Positions 53,207-64,000 of a stretch of 64,000 bases of DNA are shown piece by piece. The notes beneath the pieces are model-generated. The model saw only the letters and a list, made by a program, of their open reading frames with translations, ran no database searches and was not told where the DNA came from. The stretch spans positions 96,598,001 to 96,662,000 of the forward strand of contig NC_087472.1 of NCBI RefSeq assembly GCF_036321535.1, in the 5' to 3' direction. The DNA comes from Camelus dromedarius (taxonomy: Eukaryota). The translations under genes were made by a program, and so were the position numbers. Position 1 is the first letter of the stretch. Every line of letters begins with the position of its first letter.

Positions 53207-53974
53207 ACACAAAAAGTAGCTACTCTTTTAGGGCAGAAAAGCCTAAGGAGCCCAGAAAAGCTAGGTTATACTTGTGTGACCAAAAAAAAAAAAAAGGAAA
53301 ACAATGCCATTACAAATGAGGTCCAGTGTTTTGACTACCAGTACATCTCCTGATCTCTTACAAACTTGCATTGTGGTAAATCTCAGGGAGGTATGGGGTT
53401 TCTAGAGGAAAGTTTGAAGGATGTTAAGTTCCCATGGTTTTGGGTGATAAAGAAGCATTAGATAAGAATTGGACAGGGAAAACAACATTGATTGACCTTT
53501 GGTGGGGTGTCTTGTTCCAAACTAGACATTTAACTTATGTTAATTTATTTAATCATCACCCCAACTCAGTAATAATAGATGATGATTAATCCTAATATGT
53601 GGATGGAAACTGAGGTCAGGAAGTTAACTAAATTTCTTCCAGTGACCCAGATGGTAAGTACTAATAAGTGCTCTGATTTCAAAGCACTTGTGATTTCTAA
53701 CCACACTATTTTGTATTTTTTGCAAATCACATTCTAGTGTTAACTCTATTTCTAACTAGTTGTATGACCTTGAAGAAAAAATTCACTTGGGGACGTTAGT
53801 GTCTTCATCTATCAAGTTAGAATTGGCCTGGGTCCTGAGAGACTTTACTGAGAAGATGGGTTGGTGGTCGAAGTGCTGTTGCTAAGGAGCAGGGTTTCTC
53901 CAGAATTAACTGGACTGTTAAAGGGTCAGATGTATTTTATTGGTCCCAGCACCACTAAGTGAAGGGGAGCATAA

Positions 53975-54210
53975 TAATAAGCCCCAATGTTACGGTGTAC
54001 TTAAGGGCCATATACTTTTCTAAGTCTTTAAGTGTTAACTCACAGCAGCCCATGAGGTAGGTTCTATTAATATTAGTATCTCCCTTTTACAGATAGGACT
54101 TTAGAACACAAAGAGGGTAAGTAGCTTGCCCCAAGGTCACAGAGCTAATAAGAGTTAGAACCAGAATTCAAATGTAGATATCTAACTCCAGACCTGTACT
54201 CTAAACTCAC
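53975..54210 (-). mobile_element. MIR
   Basis: CCCATGAGGTAGG...CTTTTACAGAT...CTTGCCCCAAGGTCACAGAGCTAATAAG. Confidence 0.75.
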
Positions 54211-54656
54211 TACTTCCGTTTAGAGACTGTATCATGTTGGTCAGTTAATCACTGAGTATTGTTTTCTACTTACATAATGCTTCCCATAAAAGTGTAAAAT
54301 ACTGCTGCTGCTCTAAAGCTGTTAGTCTTAGTGAGTGATGCACCAAGCTTTTTTGGAAAGGAAAAAACCTGCATATTTCCCAGCTATCACAAATTAGTTT
54401 TAGAAAGTACTTTAGATCAAATACACTTCACAAATGCATTGCTAACACTTTAAAAATAGCTGTAGTTTATTTACTTCGCATATCTATATAAGTGCTTTAC
54501 ACATGCATAAAATCATATAAAAAGAATAGATGAGAGGTTTATGACTATAGATTTTCAAAGATCATCATGTTGAATGCTTTTATTTTATATATGCAGGGAT
54601 AAGACCAAGAAAGTTTGAGTAGCTTACACAAAGTATAGCTATTTCTGTTCTAAAAC

Positions 54657-55125
54657 TGTATTCGTTAGGAGCCTTGGTTATACATAGGAAAAATCCACTT
54701 AAGGTAGTGAAATGGGGCAAATTTATTCTGAGCTTGTAAGGATTTCTCTCAGAACCCATGAGCAGGAATAGAGCTGGGCCTTGGAACTGGAAAAATGAAG
54801 GCATTAGGGAGCACTCCTTGTCCTCTTGGCTTTATTCTTCTTTCTCAGTTGACTGGCTTTCTTTGATACTCAGCTCCCATGGCAGGCAGAGGTTGGTACC
54901 CACAGCTGCTCTTTGACATGTTCTAGTTCCAGTTATACACAGTTAGTGCACATCTGTCTTTTTCTCTTTCTCTCCACTTCTTTCTATTCTTGACACAAGA
55001 TTGTCATCTTGATTCATATTTCCCACCCCGATCTGACCATATGTGAATGGGGACAGGTTCACAGAGTGGAAGCCTGTCTGCTAGGAATCCCTCTTGGTGG
55101 GCTGCGTGCCCAGAGGAGAGTGGGT
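54657..55125 (-). mobile_element. Ancient ERVL/MaLR-type LTR relic
   Basis: TGTATTCGTTAGGAGCCTTGGTT start, TTTATT, pyrimidine-rich interior; family uncertain. Confidence 0.45.
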
Positions 55126-56686
55126 GCTGTCCTTACATCTTCAGGGTCTTTTGCCTCACAGCTTACCAATCCTCTTTTTTTCTTTTTCTGGCTTCTTTGC
55201 CTTATAATGTTTCTACCATATTAAGTGTCTGGAACCTAGATTGCTTTTTTTGAGAAAGCATAGTATCTCCTTTAAAAAATTTCCTTTAGATGCAACCTTT
55301 CTCAGAAAAATGAGTATTAGCTGTTTGAGACCTTATCAATAGTGATAACTATTGAATAGGGAGGGTTACTTTGCCAAGAAGTGAAATATGTGGTATTCTA
55401 GGCACTGTCAAAATAACAGATTAATGAAACACAATCTCCTCTCAAGTATATGAATACTGTTGTCCAACATTCTATTATTAAATCTCCATTAAATGTGACC
55501 AGTAAATTTTGGTGAGTCAGAAGGATAGTTGGTATCCATAATGATCCTGAGAATGATAATGAAATATCAAATTTTTATCCAGTTTAATTTGTTGTTTTTT
55601 ATTCTAATTATTGTGAAAATTGATAATTGGTGTGATGTTGATAGCCCTCTACTGACCAAAATGTTTGATTATTCAGATATCACACTGTGTGATGTTCCTT
55701 TTGTTCTCTGTATGCATTTGTGTACATATGCGTTATATCACTTAGAAAATTCTAAGCTCATTAATGTTACTTTTGAAAATAATTCAGTAAGTAAAATCTG
55801 ATAGTTTGCTTTAATCTTGAATGTGTTAGTAAAGTACTTTTGCCAGGCGTTGATTGCAGTGTCTAAAATATTCTATATCTATTTTCCAAATTATAGACAG
55901 CCCTCTTGTGTTTTACCTTTCCAAAATGACAGTATATAGCTTTTGGATTAATGGAGCAGTAATAAAAATTTGATAGTAATTTCATTTTGTTTATACTTTG
56001 CTGTCTTAGGTGTAATGTGGTTTAATCAGACTTAACAGGTAAGTTAGGGACAAATGTGGAGAAAGAGGTACCTAGAATGCCTCTTGATAAGGTGGGGAAT
56101 ACAAAAGAAAGAACTGATTGGGGAGAGGGTAGAATTGTTATTATTTTTTAAAGTTTAAGAACAAGGAAAAGTTTGTTAGGCTGCCAGAGACACCAGCAGG
56201 CCACACAGACGAGAGGTGCCTGTGTGAGCTCCGAGGGTAGAATTACGATTCTGTTTAGTCATGCCGATTTTTAGATCTCTGTGGGGCACCCAGAGGTATC
56301 TAACCAAGAGATTTGCTCTGTATGGTACTAGTGTAAGGGTAGAGATTGGGACAGAGATGGCCAAGGTAATTAGAAAAGGTAGGTATTAGTAGAAACCATA
56401 GGTTTAGATGAGAAGAGAAAAGGTGCATTAATAGGATCCTGGGGAATACCAATGTTTAAGGGCTAGTTCAAGGAATAAAAGCCCAGGAAGGAGACTGAGA
56501 AATTAGCAGCCCAAGAATAGGAGGAGAATTAGGAAGATAGTGTCATGAAACTGAGAGAGTGATGAACCAAGGGGGTAAGTCATACTGCAGAAGGCTCCTG
56601 AGAAATAGGGACTAGGATGTAACCACTGGATTTGACAGGGAGGTTTTTAGATTTTTTTAAAAAGAGCTTTTTAAAAGCAATAATAG

Positions 56687-56742
56687 GGGGGTAGGGTATA
56701 GCTCAGTGGTAGAGTGCATGCCTAACATGCACAAGGTCATAT
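56687..56742 (+). mobile_element. 3'-truncated tRNA-derived SINE head
   Basis: GGGTATAGCTCAGTGGTAGAGTGCATGCCTAACATGCACAAGGTC, stops before the B box. Confidence 0.75.
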
Positions 56743-59033
56743 GCTTTTTTTGAAGATGGATTAAAAAAACACAGATTAGCAAAAAGGGGGGAAAACAACG
56801 CCTGATACTCTACCATCCCAAGATAACCATTTTTTTAAGCATTTTGATATATTACCCTTTCAGACTTTTTTCTTATTTATTAACAAAGTTTTTTTTTGAG
56901 ATAACCTCAGATTGTGATAACTACTAAATAAATGGCTTTTATGTCAAGATGTCAAACAAAGCAACAAAATCTAGTAATAGCCTATTCACAGGAGTGGAAA
57001 AGTAGTGCCTTTTAGCATGTCCATGGAAGCTGCCTTTTCACACTCAGCAGCTGAGGGCTCTGCCAAATCCAGGGTGCAGAGGGGATTCCTGAAAGACACA
57101 CACCTCTGTTGATATCTAACATAATGCCTGGCGCACAGAGGTGCTCTTCTCTAGTAAGGAAAGAGAAAGGCATCGGTAATAGAGTGGTGAGGCTGGCAGT
57201 GGCCTGCCTGAAGAAGGAGGTAGGGAAGGTGCCAGTAGTGACTGTGGTGCCAGTTGATTTGCTGGAGGGCTCGTCCATCCAAACACTCAAGCAGGGTAAG
57301 GAAAGAGCTTGGGAGTTGGGGTCTGATACCAGAAGGTCTAGGCTGGAGGAGAACAGAGGTAAAATTTGAAGATGATAGACCAAATGAAAAGAGTGAAGGT
57401 TAAACCAGAGACTGGGAAGTTGATGGTTAAGATTTCAGATGTGGACCATTTCTGGATGGTGACGAGGCCCAGAAGGTTTGGAAATAAGGGTTTAAAATGG
57501 AGTAAGGGGGTAGGTTGTAGGAGTTGAGTGGTCAGGGAATTTTGACTCAGTTTTTGGATGAGTGATTTTATGTGAACATTGAAGAGATGGGGGAAATGAC
57601 TCTTCACCAGGTACCAAAGTCAGCAGCAAATGTGAGAGATATCAGGATATGTGTATATGATACTTAACAAGGAACAGTAGAAGACGGATTTTTATCTGAG
57701 AGAAAGGCAATATTTTAGAAAAAGAATAGTAGAAAGCTAAGAGAAGGCTTGGAAGGTAGGTTGTAAGCTATAGAAGAGTATTTTGTTTTAAGAAGAATAT
57801 GGAAGAGGGTTTTTTTGTTTTTTTTTAATCAGACTGTGGAGAAAACTTTCTGTGACCAGCAGCATGAGCCTGTAGGGGAATTTGTTTACACTGAAGCAAG
57901 GTTCCACAGGGCACAGTGGAAAGAGTTGGGAGGTAATTCGTGGATGGGAGGAGGGGTCATTGGGGAGGAAGCTTGGAGCTGTGTGAGAATGAGAGTTGAG
58001 AAGAGGATAGATAGTTGGCCTGGGGGGTTGTGTGAAAAGTGGAAAATTACTTTGCTTCATAAACAGTCTAACAGACTGAATTAGTTTATGCTGCTTTACT
58101 TAAGAGATCTAATTATAATTCCACTATTTTGGCTTCATTTCTCTAATAATGCAAAAATGCAGTTTGATATCCTTTTAAAGTTACATATTTTAAATATTTA
58201 AGCAATACATGGTCACTGTTTTTAGAGTAAGGTTAATGAGGTAAGTAAAAAGGAAAAGATAAACCTCAAAATTTCCTGAAATCCCACTACCTAGGGACAT
58301 CATTTTGGTACATATTCCTCTAGACTTTTCCTCATCTAAACGTATATGTGTATTTAATTTTTGAAAATATACTGAGTATACTACAATTGCCTGCTTTTTT
58401 TTTCATAAAATAATACCTAATAAAGATCCTTTGTCAGAATAGGTAGGTGGCTGCCATCATTTTTAGTTGTTAGAGTAATCTATTATACCGTACCATATTT
58501 ATTTCTATTGTTGGGCTTTTGAATCCTTCCAATTTTTTTTACCATAAATAAGGCTAGAAAGAAAAACCTTGTGTGTACAAGTTGGCATATTTATCTGCTT
58601 ATTTCCTTTGGATAAATTTCTAGGAGTTTTCAAGGTCAACAGTGTACTTTTTGGTTTAATTTCACTTTGTCTCTTTTTCTCATGACAGTATTTGGTTGAG
58701 AAATCCTTTTTGGTTGATAATTTGGGGACATGTTTAAATATATTTGGTGAACAGTGTAAAATCACTAGGATAGGCATATATTGTTTGTAAGTTAACAATT
58801 TACCATTGTTCTATAGGTATTTAAGAGACTTTTTCCCCCTGGGTTTGGGAGCCAAAAGTATTACCCTGCAAACCTTTAAGTTGTCTTCTCCCAAAGGGTT
58901 TGTACATGTAGGACTTAGACAGTGGAATTGAGATAATTATAAAAATTGTTTAAGCTCTGAGTTAATAATGTCTTCAGAATGCATGGAAATGATTAACACA
59001 GTTTTCTTTGATTACTTTTTTTCCAGGTGATTC

Positions 59034-59738
59034 ATGGCAGGGGACGTGGAAGGATTCTGTTCCTCCATCCATGACACCAGTGTCTCTGCTGGGTTCAGAG
59101 CACTGTATGAGGAGGGATTGCTTCTTGATGTCACTCTGGTTATTGAAGATCATCAGTTCCAGGCCCATAAAGCACTCTTGGCCACCCAGAGTGATTACTT
59201 CAGAATTATGTTTACTGCAGACATGAGGGAGCGAGATCAGGACAAAATTCACTTAAAAGGTCTAACTGCTACAGGTTTCAGCCACGTTCTTCAGTTTATG
59301 TACTATGGAACTATAGAGCTGAGTATGAGTACTGTTCATGAGATTCTTCAGGCTGCCATGTATGTTCAGCTTATAGAAGTGGTGAAGTTCTGCTGCTCTT
59401 TTCTATTAGCGAAAATCTGCTTAGAAAACTGTGCAGAAATTATGAGACTCTTAGATGATTTCGGTGTTAACATCGAGGGAGTCAGGGAGAAGTTGGACGC
59501 CTTTCTGCTAGAGAACTTTGTTCCACTCATGTCCAGGCCTGACTTCCTGTCTTATCTGAGCTTTGAGAAGCTCATGTCTTACTTGGATAATGATCATCTG
59601 AGCAGGTTCCCAGAGATAGAGCTGTACGAGGCTGTGCAGTCTTGGCTGCGGCATGATAGAAGACGCTGGAGACATACCGATACCATCATTCAGAACATCA
59701 GGTTTTGTTTGATGACCCCATCCAGTGTTTTTGAGAAG
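59034..59738 (+). CDS. KLHL15: Kelch-like protein 15, first coding exon (BTB + BACK domains, 235 codons); gene continues beyond the window
   Basis: ORF MAGDVEGFCSSIHDTSVSAGFRALYEEGLLLDVTLVIEDHQFQAHKALLA...; acceptor TTTTTTTTCCAG| at 59026/59027, in-frame TGA 6 nt before the ATG, donor GAAG|GTTGGT at 59738/59739. Confidence 0.95.
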
Positions 59739-62700
59739 GTTGGTGCATTTGAAAGCAATAGATAGGAGTTATCATTTAGCTAATAAGGCAATATTTCTTT
59801 ATACATAAGATTCCCAGGCTTGGTCAGGAGCCAAAAAGAGAATGAATTGTTTCTAAGAATAGTTTATGTGTAAGAAGTCTAATTTGTTGTAGCTTGTGCA
59901 TTTAGGTTTTTAAAAATACATTTTGTGGGTGAAAGATGAACCAGGTAGGTGGTAGAGTAGTTTCATTTTAAAAGTACTTTTAAAGTTGAAGTGTAATTAT
60001 TTAACCCAAAATATTACAAGTATGCTTTAGCTTTTCTTTCTTTTCATAGAATAATTAAATTTGAACGGGGTCAATCTAGCTCTCTTTAAAAATTAATTTA
60101 AGTGATACATGCTGAAATTAGAATTGAGAGGAGTTTTGTAGTTCTGAATGATATACATTAACACAGTTCTGTTTTCCTCTAAAATGTAGTAAGGAAACGT
60201 AAGATAGTTCTTGAAAACCAATAGGCCCAAGTGGTGATTTTCTTCTCTACTCTTACCTAGTTCTGCTCTGCCCTCCCTCCTCTCCCCGTTTCACTGTGCA
60301 TACTAACTAAATTTAACCATGAAAACATATGTTTTTGTTGAAAACCGTTGTTTTGGCATTTCTAAACAAACAGACTATAAATCCTCTATCTGCATTGATA
60401 AAATATCCCTTTGCACATTTTACCATGTGATAGTTCTGCTGTCTTAAAATTGTCTTTCTCCAAAACAGCCTTGGCCTTTTTGCATGTAAGCATTTTTCAT
60501 TTTTATATCGGAGTCTCGCTTGTGATCCTTTCTTGCCCAAAGGAGAGAAAGCAGTTTCAGTAATTGCTTAACTTAATTGGTTTCTAATCACATGGTTACC
60601 TCTGGGGCTCTGTTTACCTCTTGCATCTTTTCTTCTTTCTAGAAAGCACACTTAAACCTGTGGTCGACACCCTTCATGTTAAGTAGTTCCTTAGCTTTAG
60701 TTACCAGACCTGGTGATAAAAATATATTTGCAAAGGAGAGTTATTTACACCATTCGCAAACTAAACAAATTTGCGCCTTTGAATAACACTCAGCAGCCCC
60801 GGCATGTCTTTTTTCCCCCTCTGAAATGCTGTGAAATATCATTAACTTACACTTTTATGGATAATTCAATTTTGTGGAGTTTTATTTTTATTCTAAGAAT
60901 GTACTGATAGGGTAGAAATAATTGAAACTAAAGAATACATTTCTTAATTAGTTTTTGTTTAGTGATAATCAGCCCCACGTCAACTATGTAAATCATTTGT
61001 CTCTGATGTTTTGATTTTTCTTCCTACTATTGTTTTTATTGTTCTCTTTCCCTGGGGGAATCCTGTTTTGTCTTTATAGATGCAAATACTTTCCCACTGC
61101 TAAAACAAACAAAAACCCTCCAACTTCAGTCTAGATGGAAGTACTTGTAAAATAGAAAATAAAATTTTCCCTCTTGCATGACAATATAATGGATAATTGA
61201 TAGCAGTAAATAATTTTAAAGTATTGAGCTGCAGAGCCTTTTTATTTTCCAGCTATCAGTTTAAGGTGGTCAGTAGTGACAGTGGCTGAAAGTTAATACC
61301 ATCAGGTAATTTTGTAAATCATATATAACAGCAGTTGTACCTTCTGATGGATTCTGTTTGCATGTATAACATAGGAGGTGGTTATTACTTAGTGGTCAAG
61401 TATTGGGAATCTCATCAGAATAAAGATGTTATTAAGGCTTCCTTCTTAATTTCTTAGGAAAACTTAAGGCCCCGGCCACAGAGAAATCTTTTCAATTTTT
61501 CAATATAAATCTTTGTTTTATTTTAGTGATTCTGGTAAGATAAATGGATGGGAAGGTAGTCAGTGATTCTTGTCTTAGCAGTGTATGAGAGATGTTTATC
61601 AAAGGAATGTATGGCTTTCTAAATGTTCAAAAACACTAAGGCATGTTTGAGACCTTATCTCTAAAAATTAAAATGGAAAATTTGGTTGGGAAATAAGAAT
61701 TTGAACTATTTTACCCCATCCTATTTTAAACTCCTTGAAAATAGGGCCCATCTATTTTTCCAGCACTCTGCAGGTCTCAAACAAGGCCATTTTAATATCC
61801 ATTATATATGCATAGAACCAGAAAGGGCACAGAAATAAAGACATGTTATATCTGTACAGGTCCTTTTTTAGTATGAGAATCTACATAGGGAAAGGTGTAG
61901 GCAGTTTTGATTTGTGGTTTTATCCTATTTGCTTCATATATTTTTTCTATGCTAAACCTTTGAAAAGAAGTTGAACACATTATGACACCTCATCCCTAAA
62001 TACATATTAACATGCCTCTCCTCAGAATAAGGACTTTTTCCTACCCAAGTTCAACACTATTTCACCCAAGAAGATTAATAATAAAAGACCCTAATATCAT
62101 CTAGTAGCTAGTTCATATTCAAATTTTCCCGGTTGTACCCAGAATGCCCTAGAATCTAGTCATGGTTTATGCATTGCTTTTGGTTACCATGTCTATTTAA
62201 TCTTTCTTAATCTAAAACAGTCTCCTACCTTTTTTATTTTTTTTTGAGAAAAATCAGATTGTCGTCTTAGTGTCTCCCACATTCTGGATTTAGCAGAGTA
62301 TTTCCTTGTGTTGATGTGAACTTAGAACTTAGTTCCTCTCTTATATTTCCTGTTAGCACATCTACCTTTTAGCATCGTGTATTTTCAGGAACAATTACAA
62401 GAAAATATTGTTGTAATGCCAGAGAAGGCCTTCGAAAACTACTTAGCAACTCTAATCAAACTTAGAATTTGCCATTCTTTTTTTCTATTAGGAGGCTAAG
62501 TAGCCCAATCCTGTGGCTAAAATTATCAAAGATTTTATTCACACTATTCTGTTAGGTTTCTTTTAGATTAAAAAATTCTCCCTTAAAAAAAATTGGAGCC
62601 CTTCCATTCAATTTATTGAAATTAAAACTAGCTGAAGTGTGAAAGTTTAAGAAGATTATTCTTTCTTACTAAAAAAAAGGTAGTGTATATAACTCTAGAA

Positions 62701-62995
62701 CTGCGCTGTTCAATACTTGTGGCTACCGCTTGTGGCTTTTGAGTACTTGAACTGTGACAAGTCTGATTTGAGATTTCAGAGATTAAGAGGACAAAAAGGA
62801 TATAAATTACCTCATTACTAATTTTTATATTGATTATGTGTGGAAATGATATTTTGGATATATTGGGTTAAGTAAACTGTATCATTAAAATCAATTTCAC
62901 CTTTTTACTTTTTAAAATATGGCTACTAGAAAGTGTAAAATGACATCTTTGGTGTGCATTTGGGGCTCAGATTGTGTTTCTGTTGCACAGCGCTG
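62701..62995. mobile_element. MER33/MER3-like hAT-Charlie element with 8-bp TSD
   Basis: TIRs CTGCGCTGTTCAA / TTGCACAGCGCTG; TSD CTCTAGAA (62693-62700) / CTCTAGAG (62996-63003). Confidence 0.8.
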
Positions 62996-63559
62996 CTCTA
63001 GAGGTTCAAGGAGTAAGCTGTGCTTTAGCAACTCTCTAAATACGCATACTTTTTCACATATTTAACCCCTCTCCTGGATTCCCAGCCTTTAGTGTTAAAT
63101 GAATTTACCTAACTCTTCTGTGGAATAGCTGATGAAGATAACTTGAGTATAGCGTCTCTTTGTCCAGATCCTTTCCCTGGCCTCAGGAAAATGAAAACTG
63201 ATTGAACAAAGCTTGGTGAAGGAACCTTTGGAGATTTTAATTCCTCCTTTGGTAGTAATGATCAGATCTGAGCAGTGGCTTGGTAAGGGGGCATTCTGCT
63301 TCTCTCCAAGGAATAGCCCCCACTGATTCCAGGAACCTGGATCATGCCCTTTAGCTGTGCCAGAATCTTTGGGTTTATTCCTCTGCAGTATCTTTTACCC
63401 TAGTCCTCCACTGGATTTTCTCCCTACCTGAAAACAGACTGTCTTAACTTTTGTACTGAATGCTCTGTGGGACATGACCATCACCCAAGACTTCCAGATT
63501 TCCTCACCGAGTTCTTACAGGCAGTGATTCTGGTTATCTGAACACTTCACACGTATGTC

Positions 63560-63710
63560 CAAGGCTATGTACCAGGTGCTCTACACACAGAGTCTATGGG
63601 TTATCTCCATTTTATAGATAAGAAAACAGGCTCAGAAAGGTTAGGAATCTTATCCCAGAATAAGTGTCAGTGTCCAGACTGGAACCTAGGTCTGCTTGCC
63701 CCAGTCCAAG
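63560..63710 (-). mobile_element. MIR
   Basis: CTCCATTTTATAGATAAGAAAACAGGCTCAGAAAGGTTA core. Confidence 0.7.
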
Positions 63711-64000
63711 CTAGAGTAGGGAGAGGACCCCCAACGTGCAGGAAGCATGTGGTTAACCCTGTGGCTCTGCTTGGGTTGTTTAGAAGTTGTTAAAGGTGAA
63801 AATTCTAACATGTTTGTATGAATGAAACATAGCCTAAGAAATTTATGGCAGTTAAAAAAGTATAAAATGTAGGAACACTTTTAAGATGTGAAAGCACAAT
63901 TCTGGGGTTTTCACTGCATAATCAAGGAAAGCTGAAAATAAGTTTAAGGATCTTGTCCTTTTGACATAGTTGTTTAAGAGTTCTTAGGATTCATTTTAAT

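Noticed and set aside
59739..59765. KLHL15 ending at the ORF-track stop (VGAFESNR*)
   Set aside because: Read-through past the splice donor at 59739; the Kelch-repeat exon is expected further downstream and I did not find it in the window
1..64000. CRISPR arrays, operons or prokaryotic defence systems
   Set aside because: The sequence is clearly mammalian (spliceosomal introns, L1/MIR/SINE content); no regularly spaced repeat-spacer array seen

Overview
Mammalian genomic DNA, most likely the X chromosome of a camelid. The species call is inferred from repeated tRNA-Ala(AGC)-derived SINEs of the Vic-1 type. The window holds the complete, intact 12-exon EIF2S3 (eIF2-gamma) gene on the - strand. 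I assembled its CDS by hand from GT-AG junctions: 1419 nt, 472 aa plus stop, spanning 35772 to 23173. About 9.8 kb upstream and head-to-head lies the 5' part of KLHL15 on the + strand: a CpG-island promoter, two inferred non-coding exons, and the first coding exon 59027-59738 encoding BTB-BACK. The Kelch-encoding last exon was not found in the window. The first ~17 kb is an almost continuous pile of nested LINE-1 fragments. The rest carries scattered L1, L2, MIR, LTR and hAT relics. I found no wholly new gene system. The best candidates for undescribed biology are regulatory: (i) a KLHL15 5' leader whose strong upstream ATG gives a 13-codon uORF when exon 2 is included but a 76-codon CDS-overlapping ORF when it is skipped; (ii) a sense-oriented L1 tail abutting the EIF2S3 exon 2 acceptor; (iii) a TSD-flanked LTR/L1 chimeric insert and an orphan GC-rich patch between the two promoters. 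Repeat family names come from recall of consensus sequences and need RepeatMasker/Dfam confirmation; repeat boundaries are approximate.
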